In this document: positions 34,942-45,240 of the stretch, one piece after another | How the letters are laid out: every line of letters begins with the position of its first letter | Numbering within the stretch: position 1 is the stretch's first letter | NCBI GenBank assembly: GCA_009602725.1 | Contig: WELB01000029.1 | Span: 779,892 to 825,131, forward strand | Direction of reading: 5' to 3' | DNA from: Spirogloea muscicola | Lineage: Eukaryota | Length of the DNA stretch: 45,240 bases | The notes under the pieces: generated by a model | The model's database searches: none | The model's input: the letters and a program-made list of their open reading frames with translations, nothing else | What the model was told of the DNA's origin: nothing | Position numbers and translations under genes: made by a program

Positions 34942-35415
34942 CTACCACCCGCGGGAGCTCAGCGCAGCTACGAGGGAGCCCAGCGTGGCATCGATGGCGA
35001 CGTTCCAGCTGCGAGCGAGGTCGTCGCGCTGCCGCTTGCCCACGAGGAGGGGCCTCTGGCGGCGCAGGCGGGGCAGCGCAAGGCGCACTGAGTCGTCAGC
35101 AAGCTGCAGATGGCTGGCCGGAGCTCATGGTGTAGGGTTGGGGTTGAGCATTAGGGTTTAGGATTTAGGGTGTATGTTTCGGAGCTCAGGCTTTAGGCTA
35201 AGGGTGGCGAACAAGCAGAGGAGGGCGCGAATGACTCACAAACGACCGTAATGTCGTGATTTTGAGGCATTTATAAATCAGGGATACTTGAGATTGGAGG
35301 GGCTCACGGGCGGAGGCGGGGGGAGGTAGGCGGCGTCGCTGGCGAGCGCGGCCGCGGTGCGCGCGGTCTCGTGCCACAGGGCGCGCCGCTCGAGGGCGTA
35401 GGCGCCGACGCCGGC
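34942..35415 (-). CDS. Small membrane protein with C-terminal WN motif (possibly MICOS MIC12/QIL1-like); 5' end in gap
   Basis: Exons 35415-35308 (ccc|gtgagc) and 35055-34942 join in phase 0: AGVGAYALERRALWHETARTAAALASDAAYLPPPPP-RPLLVGKRQRDDLARSWNVAIDATLGSLVAALSSRGW*. Confidence 0.7.
35130..35205. repeat. Degenerate telomere-like array in intron of the WN-motif gene
   Basis: gtagggttggggttgagcattagggtttaggatttagggt...ctttaggctaaggg. Confidence 0.75.
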
Positions 35416-35889
35416 NNNNNNNNNNNNNNNNNNNNNNNNNNNNNNNNNNNNNNNNNNNNNNNNNNNNNNNNNNNNNNNNNNNNNNNNNNNNNNNNNNNNN
35501 NNNNNNNNNNNNNNNNNNNNNNNNNNNNNNNNNNNNNNNNNNNNNNNNNNNNNNNNNNNNNNNNNNNNNNNNNNNNNNNNNNNNNNNNNNNNNNNNNNNN
35601 NNNNNNNNNNNNNNNNNNNNNNNNNNNNNNNNNNNNNNNNNNNNNNNNNNNNNNNNNNNNNNNNNNNNNNNNNNNNNNNNNNNNNNNNNNNNNNNNNNNN
35701 NNNNNNNNNNNNNNNNNNNNNNNNNNNNNNNNNNNNNNNNNNNNNNNNNNNNNNNNNNNNNNNNNNNNNNNNNNNNNNNNNNNNNNNNNNNNNNNNNNNN
35801 NNNNNNNNNNNNNNNNNNNNNNNNNNNNNNNNNNNNNNNNNNNNNNNNNNNNNNNNNNNNNNNNNNNNNNNNNNNNNNNNNNNNNNNNN
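35416..35889. other. Assembly gap (N run) containing the 5' ends of two divergent genes
   Basis: Run of N; coding sequence reads outward on both sides. Confidence 1.
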
Positions 35890-38800
35890 CGGCGGCGGCG
35901 GGGGCCCTGGACCTGCCACGCCTGCAGGCGGCGATCCTGCGGGCGCCGTCGGTCGCCGGCGCCTGCCGAGACGTCGAGGCGTTCGCTCGGCTCAACCGCG
36001 AGCTCGTCCCCGCCTTCCTCAAGGTCAAGCTTTAGGTCGGCGGAATTAGGGCGTCTAGGATTCAGGCCTCCGCCCCTCTGTGAGCCCCAGCGGCCATTAC
36101 CTGCGGCTGCTCATTATGAGATATTGAGCACCTAATGGCCACTTAAGCCGCTGTAGATAGCGCTAATTTGACCCTTTCGTAAAATGTTCATTTTTGCTTC
36201 TGGCTGACAGCCAGCCATCGCTGGCTGCTTCTGGCTGACAGCCATCGCCCTCTACTGGAAGAGCCTCAATTCTCTCAGGCGCGGCATTCGCAGAAGCTCA
36301 ATCTGACGCCAAATCACGCTCTTCTGTGCGCCACCATAGGCTTGCTTCCCTTTGCTGCTTCGCAAGCTCTTCGGCTTCGGCGACACGGAAGGTGAGGCCC
36401 GCGCTCGCTCCAGATGCCAGTACCGGCACAGCCAAGACTGGCACTGAGGCCTCGGATGCACAGGTTTCTCGCTTTTGTGTAGTGCTAGCCTCTGGACCTC
36501 CTGCTCCAGCACAAAGGGTTCAGGATCTAGGGTTTAGAATAAACGGGTTGAAGGTTCTAGGGTTTTCAGTTTGGGTTCACCTTGCCGAAGTTGTGGGCTG
36601 TCACACTGCCGCTGCCATAGCTCCTGGGACGTTCTCGCCTTCGCCCTCAGCCGCGGCCGGCGGGTGGCTCGCCCTGGCTTCACGGCAGGGGAGCGAGGCC
36701 GATGCCAAGGCCCTCGTCGCGCTCCTCTCTCCAGAGGGACCCCTTTTCCAGGTCCCGCCCCTTGCCGTCCATTGAGCACGACAGTTCCCTATTCCTGTCA
36801 TGTGCTGATGTAGGTGGTAAATTAGTGTGGCACTGATAGCTCACACTAAAGTGCAAAGGATCTGTATCGGAATCTGAAGCAGACCCTGTCATTGGGTTGT
36901 CAGGGAGTTGTGAGCACCGACAGGCAGGGCCTGATCCGCTTTGTCTTCCCCACGGAGCACCTACCACTGTGGATGCAGCAACTCCTCGGTACAGTGATTT
37001 CCTTGGCGATCAATCTGTGAATGCCTTGGCTCTGCAAAATTTCTTGCATATTGCAGCAATGCACAGCAATGGATTTTTGCAAAATCCATTGCTCCATCCT
37101 GTATGCTTTCCGCATGCCACGCCGGGGGCCAGGCAGCGAGCAAGGGGCATTGCTGCTCTGCCAGGAGGTCCCATTCTTCCGTCAGCACCTTGCGCAGGAG
37201 CCGTCAGGCGCCATGCAGGCAAATCCCTGTCCCCAGAACTCAGCATGCGTGGCGCTGAGAATGCCAGACTGCCAGTCATGTGGCTGACAGAGTAGTAGGG
37301 TTGACTTTTCTTTTATCCTTTGAGTACAATAACGTCCTGTTGCATGAGGTGTTCACCAGTGCATTGTGGTGTTTATCGCAATGACGCCGTGTGGTGTTTT
37401 CCTCGCCATACATATGTATATGTCAGGCTGATGATGATGATCTCTTCCTGGCTCTGTGCGGCATAATTCAATAGGTGCACTTGAGTTTGCTAGAATACTT
37501 CTTCTTCTGGTTCGCCTACTACGCTGCCCGTGACTCATCTTCACGGGATGGACGAATCACCGTCGCTGGGGCGGCACTCCGCTCGCGCTTTGCTGGATGG
37601 AAATCTTCATTTCCAGGTTGCTGCACGTTCTAGTTCCTGTCAAAGTAATAGTCCTCATATTGGCCACGACAATGATGGAGTGCGGAGCATTGAGGACATG
37701 TTGTCAGGCCAAACACTTCCATAGTGTCTGGGCTGATACCGACCGCCCGCGAAGCCACTCCATCAGGACGAAGCCACAACTTTGTTGTGGACTCTCGTGG
37801 TCCAGCTCGATATATGTGTCGCCGTATCTTGTCCTTGAGGACAAAGACAATTAGCCTAAGCAAGCTTCCAGGTCTGAACCTTGCTGTCCCATGATAGGGC
37901 TCCCGCATAGCCAGGAGCCTCTGCCCCCAACTCCGTACCTGGATCTCCTCCAGCTCTACCTCAAGCATTTTCTTCCGCTCACAAGCCCAGGTCAAGATAC
38001 TGCAAGTGGCTCTGTCAGATCTATGGTTTGTGTGCATCTGAGCTTGTGCGATCAGATCAGACTGTCATCTTCACGCAAGCCCGCTGAGCTGAGGTGGCTA
38101 GCTCACTTCCACTGGTGTTGCGTTTACCAGTAACCCATAGTGTTTGGCTTTTGCTTTAATTCCTGCAGATGGTGCTGGCATGGGAGGCCCCCTTGCACCT
38201 GCTTCTCCTCAAGGAGAAGCTCTCCTCTGTGCACTCGTGGAGTTCTTGTTGAGGGCTGATGATCCGGCCCCTCTGACACCATCCTTACTGCAGCTGCCGC
38301 AGGTATACAGGCGCAGGATAGACTGCAGATATGCATCTTGTACACATGCAGGGAGCCTATCTAATGTCTGGTCAGGAGGATGCTCATGCTGCATGAGCAG
38401 TCGAGGTACCCAGGATAGGTGCTGCTGAGTCATTATCTTGCTTGCGCTCGTTGTAAGCTTCTGCAACCGTTAGTCATGGTGGTATGCCCTTTCTGGCAGG
38501 CCAGTAGCCTCAGATCTACTGTGATGCAGCTACCAACCTCCTACCGTGTACCCAATGAAGATCTCCTCAACTCTGTCCAGGTCATTACCATGCCCGGCGT
38601 TTGCACCACATTTGCACCATGATCTGGTCCGCTTTTGGTTCCTGCTTATGAGAGGCCATTTGTCAGATGTTGGTGTAACCATGTTGCTGCCTGAGGCTCT
38701 TCCGGTTGCTGGCCTCCGACACTCAGGCGCTACTCATCTACCTGTCAACCAACCCAGCGCTCACAGCACTTGAGGCTCCCAGCCTCAGCATGCCCCTGCC

Positions 38801-41659
38801 GGCACGGCTCCACCACGGGAGGGGACACAGCCTCCCTCCTTTGCCGAGCCACTCCTCGTCCCAGTCGCTCCCTCATCCTTCAGCCGTGCTGCAGAGGCCT
38901 CTGTACAGATTCTTCCTGCGAGCTTTGACCATGTGGCCGCAGACCGGCAGCATCGGGCGCCTGCCCAGGTTTGCCACTCCCTGAAGCGCCGGCCTGATAA
39001 GTCGGAGAAGGCTTAAACCCCATCTCAAACCCCATCTTATAATCACGATGCTCCTACAACAATATGTCTCAGTTCTTGGCAGTGCCAACTGGAAGTGAAT
39101 ATTTGGTAGCTCAGTGTTCCTCACCGGTGTCTACCACGCTGCCGTGCAGCGTTTGCGGTGTCCGCAGCGCAGCTATTTGTTTGAAACATTTTTGTGGGTC
39201 CCCTCTTGTGACTGCTGCTTAGTTGTGTTCATGATCTGATTTGAGTCCCGACTGATTTGGGCGTCGTGTCAGAGTGGTGGATGTCTGGGTGGCGTACCTA
39301 GAGCCGTGGGAAGCCCGAGCCTACCAAAGCAGGGGGCGCACGACCAAGCTCTCTCCGAATAGCCCGCTGTACGTGTCGCCTGGAGCTCTCCTCCGGACAA
39401 TCTCCAAGGCCTCCAGTCCACGCACGGCGTCCAGTTCGCCGACATTGCCAGCTGCGCCCAGTGGTGCACCGGTGGCTGGAGGCTTCAGCAGCATCTGGCA
39501 AGGCTGGGTGCTGGCAAACTTTCCATTCTACTCAGTGCTGCTCTGCCGGCTGCTCGAGTTCTGCCTTGGTGCAGTTGCTGGAGAGCCCGCGCCAGCGCTG
39601 CAGGCTGTACAGAAGGTGCAGCCCTTAGACAGCCTCAACCCCTCGGACACTGGAGGACTGGTGCTTGTATCTAAGTAAACCTGCTCGCGGCACTTTGCTG
39701 GGCTTTACTGACAATAGCATCTGAAAGTACATGGACATTGGACAAGCTTGCCATCTTCTCTTTATACTGCCTACCAGAGCAGTCTAAGTCAAAATGCACA
39801 ATAATAGCCCCTGTTATAACATCGTCTTCTATTCGTACTGCTTATATTGTGCTTTGTGCTGTCTCCAGGTGCTGTCCTTGCTGGACCGCAATAGCTCGCT
39901 GACAGCCTTTCTGCGGAACCTCAGCAGCAGATTGGAAGCCACGTCTCTGGCGCCTGCCTTTCAGGCCCAGGTCCAGGTTAGACAGCGGCGCTACTGCCGC
40001 AGCAGACCTATTTTGTTCGTCTCAGAGGTTGCCACAAAGGTTGCTGTGGCCTGTGAAGTCTTGCAACAGTCCTCAGCTTGGGCTCATGTTGCTGTTAACT
40101 GTTGACCTGAACAGCAGACCAAGTGCCTGCGGCTGTGTCGCCCTGTGCCAGGAGTGGGAGGAGGCGAGCGGCCAGTATCGGCCTGGGGGGTCGGTGGTCG
40201 CTGCTCAGGCAACGGCCATGCGGCTGCGTATGTTTGGCCAAGAGGAAGGAAGCCCCCGCCGCCTGGTCCAGGTCAGCAGCTGACTCTTGCACTTAAACAG
40301 GCAGGAGAGCTGTCGCTGCTGCTTCACATTGACTGGTTTGCACTTTGTTTATCTGCCGTTAAGAGCCGCGCTCACCGTATGGGCATAGGCTTCACAATCG
40401 CGGTGCAAGTTCCTGCACCGTGATTGTTGCCTGAGCCAGCGTCCACCTCTTCAGGCTTTCATTGTGCAGGCTGAGGACGTTGTCAGCCGTGGCCCCCCAT
40501 CGAACGCTGGGGGTGACTCCGCCCAGTCTGGGCGGCCGTCCCCATCCCCTCACGAGCTGCTCCGTGACATTCAGGGCATGGCCAACCGTGTCTTTGGCCT
40601 TCGCGCGGTCAGTACTCTCCGTCATGTTCACCTGTTGAGCTTGACAGCCAGTGCAGTTAGATGTGAACAGACACGTGGAAGATTGCCGTGTGCGTGCTCA
40701 AGATCTTGTGGAGCAAAGGAAAGATGAGACTCGACTTATCAACCTAGGTGCTGCGAGCTTTGCTCTGGGGCCATTTTGAAAAATAACCACTGTGCATGAT
40801 GTACATGGGCCCACACATGTCATGTCGGATTCTCCGTGTGACATCTGGGCGATCCACACAGGGTTTGGAAAGTGGAGCTCCGCATCATGGCTCCTCTCCG
40901 GCACCGGACGCCCATGGCAGCTCTATAGACAAGGCTGCTGCGCTGGAGCACGAGCATGAGCCGGCAGCAAGGAGGGCCCAGGCGGCCTTCCAGACGCGGC
41001 CGTCCGGGAAGGTGAGGTACAAGGGGGACTGGATGCGGCGACCCGTCGAGAGCTACGAGTTGGGTTTTCTGGTCCAGCTGCTGGTGCCGCTCTCTGACGC
41101 AATCAATGCCAGCCTGGGCCTGGGGCCCGACCAGCCGCAAGAGGCCCAGACGTCGAGGAGGTCAGCCGGCACAGAGGAGCACAGCGGAGATCCTGCCTCG
41201 GAGGACACCGTGCCGTCGCGTGGCAAAGAAGCCGAGGGCATGCAAGGAAGGTCAGCAGAGGCGGAGCGGCAGGCCGAGGAACAGACTCCGCAACATGGAG
41301 ATAGTGGACACTCGGAGCCAGAGGTTGCTGAACGGCAGCTTGGCCGGGGGGTCGACGGCATCGGCAGCAGCAGCAGCAGCAGGTCGGGTGCAGGAGGGGG
41401 AAGCCAGGCAGCAGGGACACAGTGGGCTGTCGACGAGCGCTTCTGGCGGCGTGTCGGCGAGTGGGCCGTGCAGCTGCCGCTGCATGGACTGCACCTCACG
41501 CGCGCCTTGGCAGCCGCAGCTGGTCGCGCGGCCCTCCAAGAGGCCCGTCGCCGGGGCTGGCGGGTCAACCTGCGCTTTCTTGCGGAGCGGCAGCTGGCCA
41601 TGCTGCTGCTTGTCCTGCTCGCTGCTTTTTTGGTTGCAAGGGCGCTACTGCGGACGTAA
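35890..41659 (+). CDS. SMPD4: Sphingomyelin phosphodiesterase 4-like (SMPD4 family); start in gap
   Basis: Spliced blocks CFPLLLRKLFGF, GGWL, LLSPEGPLF, RFVFPTEHLPLW, LEYFFFWFAYY, YLDLLQLYLKHFLP, LQRPLYRFFLRALTMWP, VDVWVAYLEPW, WVLANFPFYS, YKGDWMRRPVESYE..LV, WRVNLRFLAE plus C-terminal TM, in SMPD4 family order. Confidence 0.85.
36516..36580. repeat. Degenerate telomere-like array in an early SMPD4 intron
   Basis: gggttcaggatctagggtttag...ggttctagggttttcagtttgggtt. Confidence 0.65.
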
Positions 41660-41988
41660 CTTAACCAATCTTGAAACAACAACTCTTTTACTGGATGCAG
41701 TGCTCGCCAGGCTCTCTGAGCAGAGTCCTGCTCTTAAGAAACTTCAGGGGGCGGAACTAATGGGGTCCACTGTCGTCCGAGGAGCAATGTCTCTTACATG
41801 TGAGCTCGTATCCAAGTCTGGGGCTCTGTCAGAAGTTGCCTGACCGCCCACAACTCGCACCATGGGGCCGACAGGTGCCTTGCCGCGCAAGGTAAGCGGA
41901 ACTGCAGAATGAACCTGAGAACGAGATGACAAGGGCTGGCCGGTACGCAGAAATCAAGCATCCCAATCGGTTGAGCTCGTCACCACCG

Positions 41989-42964
41989 TCACTTGCTCTC
42001 CTTGTCATAGAGGCCAGTCCTGTGCGTTGCCATGAGTCAAGGCTGCGACAGGAAGATTCAGGATGCAAACGCACGCACACCAGGGAATCGGCCTGGCTTT
42101 TTGCAGCCGTAACTTGCTGGCAGGACCTGTCAAGGGAGGTCTAGCTGCTTCTGCCGGCTACGTTTTGGCATAGCTTCACATATAGGATGTGTTCTGGGTT
42201 CCTGTGCTTGAATCCAGGGTGCAACCTCGTCTGACCACGAGGACAAGCAGAAGCAGCGTAGGGTGCGGTGGTGGCGCGGCAAGATGGTGGCAGGTATGGG
42301 AGCAGGGAGGAGGGCAGGGCAGGATACACGAGGTAGCCACCGTGCAGCAGCGCAGCGCCGACGGCCCCCAGGAACACGCGGTCGCGGAGGACGGGCCGGC
42401 TCCGCAGGCCGATCCGGACTGCGCAACGCGATGGGTTGCCGCGGATCATCCACACTGACGATACGGCCTCAGGACAAATTGTGCACTTGGGGGGTTCAGA
42501 CTTCAGGTCAGGAGTTTAGCTTAATGGGTTTAGTCATGCATCAAGGTCCAGGTGGTCACTGAGCGGCAGGATGGGCGCGTAGACGAGCGGGACGAGGTAC
42601 TCGAGCTTGGGGCCATGGCGGCCGCGCCGGTACGCCCTGCACGCAGCAGGGCAAAGACGAAGAAAATTCGGGCTTAGGATTTAGGCTTTACCATTTAGGG
42701 TGTCAGATATAGGGTTAGGGCTTAGCATTTAGGGTTCAGGGTTTAGTAATTTAGGGTAGGTTGTATGGGCGCCTGGAATAGCGGCGGCTTGGCCTGGCAG
42801 CAAGGACTGCGGCGCCGTTGAGCCAGAGCAGCTGGGCTCGCCCTGCCGGGTGCCGCCGCAGCTGCCGCAAGGCCAGCGAGCGCCGCATCGGAGCGGCGGA
42901 GCGGCGGAGCCTACTCGGCGGCGCGGGCTTCGGCGCCGTCGTCGTCCAAGGCCGCCGGAGGCAT
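41989..42964 (-). CDS. Small conserved plant-type membrane protein of unknown function
   Basis: Exons give AYRRGRHGPKLEYLVPLVYAPILPL-IRIGLRSRPVLRDRVFLGAVGAALLHGGYLV-TGLYDKESK* (stop 41989-41991) with in-phase GT-AG introns. Candidate first exon 42964-42915 (MPPAALDDDGAEARAAE) is less certain. Confidence 0.75.
42669..42762. repeat. Degenerate telomere-like array in an early intron of the 41989-42964 gene
   Basis: gggcttaggatttaggctttaccatttaggg...tagggttagggcttagcatttagggttcagggtttagtaatttaggg. Confidence 0.8.
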
Positions 42965-43877
42965 GCTCGGTGCCTGTCGGCAGCAGTGCGGCACCACCGC
43001 CAGCCAGGTCGCCGTCGCCGTTGCCGCCTTGAAGCCACGGCCGCCGTCGCCGCAGTGGATGTGGGCTGACAGAGCCTCGCCCACCGGCCGCGCTGCTGTG
43101 GTCAGAGCTCTGCTCCTACTGGCGCCGCGCTGGCGCCCAAGAGGACCTCCGCAAGCCCAGTTCAAGGTCGACCATGGTTCTGCATCGCTGCTGCCGTATG
43201 TGAGCCTGCTGAAGTTTGTTAGGGTAGGCCACACCGCGGCAACACTCTGTAAATGACCACGACATTGCATCCGCCCTGCTGTGTGCAAGACACCCAGCGC
43301 AGCTGGTACTTCTATGGGCCAGTGTTGGAGTAGCTTACACTAGCCAGAAGAGTCGAGAGAAACGCTGAGGACGACAACACACCAGCACCTTTGGCGCATG
43401 CGATATCCAGGTGCACCGTATTCGCCTTTTGGTGTTGTTGCAGCAGTCGACGGTACACGCTTTGTAATCTGCGTTGCGGTCCTGCTCTGGCTGCTGCAGC
43501 TTCTGGCTATAGACAGGGGACCCGCAGCCCGGAGACTAGCTCTACTGAGTGCTGTAGCGCTTTTCTCACCGCTTCGCACTTTTTCCGTTCTCTCTTCTGG
43601 GCTGGCCATTCACAGCCATTGCCCTCTACTTGACGTGTCTTACTCTGGAGGCAGGCAAGCCTTTGCCAAGCTGCTCCGCTTTGCATCTGGTTGGCATACG
43701 CTCACCATTACGTGACACCTATTGGACGGAGGCGCACAGACAATGGATGCTGTGGTGCCATCACATGCGGGGGAACTTTCGGGACGTGGCGGTAAGCTGG
43801 TAGCTCTTGGCCGACGGCCATCGCAAGCGGCTCAGCAGGCAGACCACCCGCCGTGCCGCTAGCAGCGGCTTTCGTTG

Positions 43878-45240
43878 CTAAACGGCCGGGGCGATGCCCT
43901 CGACGACGTCCTCCATCTCGTCAATCAGCTGGCCAGTGACAGTGCCGCGGCGGTGCTTGGCAAAGGCGGCGCGCGCGAGGAGCCGCACGAGGAGGCACCC
44001 GGCGAATGCGGCGGCCACTGTTGGGCTCTGGGACAGCGCATCGTGGACCGCTGTCTGGGCACCGCCGTTGCCGCCGCCTGTTGCGGCGGCGCCGCGCTTG
44101 GTCGACCACGCCAAGAACGTCGCGATGCAGCCCGTGAGCACATCGCCTTGCCCGCCGCACCGCCGTGGCGACCCCTCCACCTCGCAGCTCAACACTGTTG
44201 CCAATCCCCGAGCGGCGCCATAGCAGCCGCCGTCGCACTCACTTGGACGTCAATGTTGGAGCTGCTGCTGTACTTGCCGAAGCTACTCACATCGCGGCTC
44301 AAGCAGAATGGCTGGAGAGCGGCACTCTCAAGAAAGAGGGAGGTAGAGGGGTCGTGAGAGAGGAGATGGGTAAGGAGAGGAGGAGGGAGGTGGGGAGACG
44401 AGCAACGGCAGGAGACGCACCGTCGCGGCCGTCGCTGACGAGGTCCCGGGGGCCCTTCTGCACGATGGTGACGCTGCCGAGGCTCTCGGCAAGGCGGCGC
44501 AGCGCGTCAGGATCCTCGTCCGGCACCGGCGCGCCCTTGCCGGCCTCCTGGTCGCCGCCGGCAGCGCCGGCCACGAGCCGCCGGTACTCGTTCACGTTGG
44601 GCGTCAGCACCGCGAGCTCGTAGCCACGCACGAGCTCCGGGTGGGACGTCGCGAGCGAGAGGCCGTCACCGTCGAGCACGAGCGGGATGCGGGCCTCGCG
44701 CGCCGCCTTCACCACCTTCGCCACGCACTCCTGCTCGCCATACCCCGCCGGCGCCGCCGCCGATTGAGCAGCCACCGATTGCCCCCCACTGCTCATTACA
44801 GGTGGAGCTGACGCGCGAGCGGCAAGCCAGAGGCAGGGTTCAGCTAGTCAGGAGCAAGCTGGGAGGGGAGAGGAGGAGAGAGAGGCGGCCCAGAGGCGGG
44901 GTTTAGCGAGTCCTCGGGAGCAAGCTGGGGAGGAGGGAGGGCGGGAGGAGGGAGGAGCAAGCTGGGGAGGAGGGAGAGGGGGTCCAAAGGCGGGGTTTAG
45001 CGAGGCCTCAGGAGCAAGCTGGGGAGGAGGGAGGGGGGGGCCAGAGGAGGGGTTCAGCGAGTCCTCGGGAGCAAGCTGGGGAGGAGGGAGGGAGGAGGGT
45101 TCTGGCGGGACCAGCATGAGGGGGTCGCGGCCGAGGCCCGGCCCGACGACCACGGCGTCGAAGCGCGGCAGCCAGGCGGCGACGTCGGCCACGACGCGGT
45201 CCACCACCGCGGCGCGGTCCCGGCCGCCTCCGCCTCCGCC
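43878..45240 (-). CDS. NAXD: ATP-dependent (S)-NAD(P)H-hydrate dehydratase (CARKD/NNRD), 3' part; continues beyond window
   Basis: WLPRFDAVVVGPGLGRDP, PLVLDGDGL, AVLTPNVNEYRRL, VTIVQKG..DLVSDG, GSPRRCGGQGDVLTG; stop 43878-43880. Confidence 0.95.
44849..45100. repeat. G-rich minisatellite in NAXD intron
   Basis: Five copies of ggagcaagctggg(g)agg..., three of them followed by ccaRaggNggggttYagcgagKcct; full unit about 56-66 nt. Confidence 0.85.

Noticed and set aside
36195..36247. Short intronic duplication and hairpin (tgcttctggctgacagcca x2)
   Set aside because: Too short for a MITE, with no target-site duplication or second copy in the window.
43340..43715. Hydrophobic 105-aa ORF 43398-43715
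   Set aside because: No family resemblance; it lies in the probable NAXD 3' region on the opposite strand.
44243..44283. About 40-nt cassette exon in a NAXD intron (tag|...|gtgagt)
   Set aside because: It would frameshift, and the direct splice D-VLSCEVEGSPRRCGG already restores the conserved sequence; no support without RNA data.
1..45240. tRNA, rRNA, snRNA or transposase/reverse transcriptase genes
   Set aside because: None recognisable by eye; a covariance-model scan would be needed to exclude small ncRNAs.

Overview
Gene-dense, intron-rich, GC-rich eukaryotic nuclear DNA. The gene content (RIN4/NOI, LOV/LOV protein, LPA2, plant-type homoserine dehydrogenase and ATP synthase e) and TTTAGGG-type telomeric motifs point to a green plant, most likely a streptophyte alga; this is inference. 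By reading GT/GC-AG splice sites and frames by eye I reconstructed about 14 genes: NOI/RIN4-like (+), DNA ligase I (-), a truncated LOV/LOV protein (-), homoserine dehydrogenase (+), a PIN-domain RNase with an upstream membrane/coiled-coil module (-), mitochondrial ATP synthase subunit e (+), LPA2 (-), mRNA capping enzyme (+), V-ATPase c (-), a small membrane protein (+), a WN-motif (MIC12/QIL1-like?) membrane protein (-), SMPD4-like (+), a small conserved plant membrane protein (-) and NAD(P)HX dehydratase (-). The assembly is imperfect: three N gaps, an Illumina adapter remnant at 10921-10934, and probable collapses at (GCC)n runs. The best leads are an 11-mer LEA-like tail on ATP synthase e, a membrane-module/PIN nuclease locus that is either an alternatively spliced fusion or an ATGA-coupled bicistron, recurrent telomere-like arrays in 5'-proximal introns, degenerate 5' splice sites with several GC donors, and divergent genes whose starts nearly touch or overlap. 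All family calls rest on remembered motifs, not database searches.
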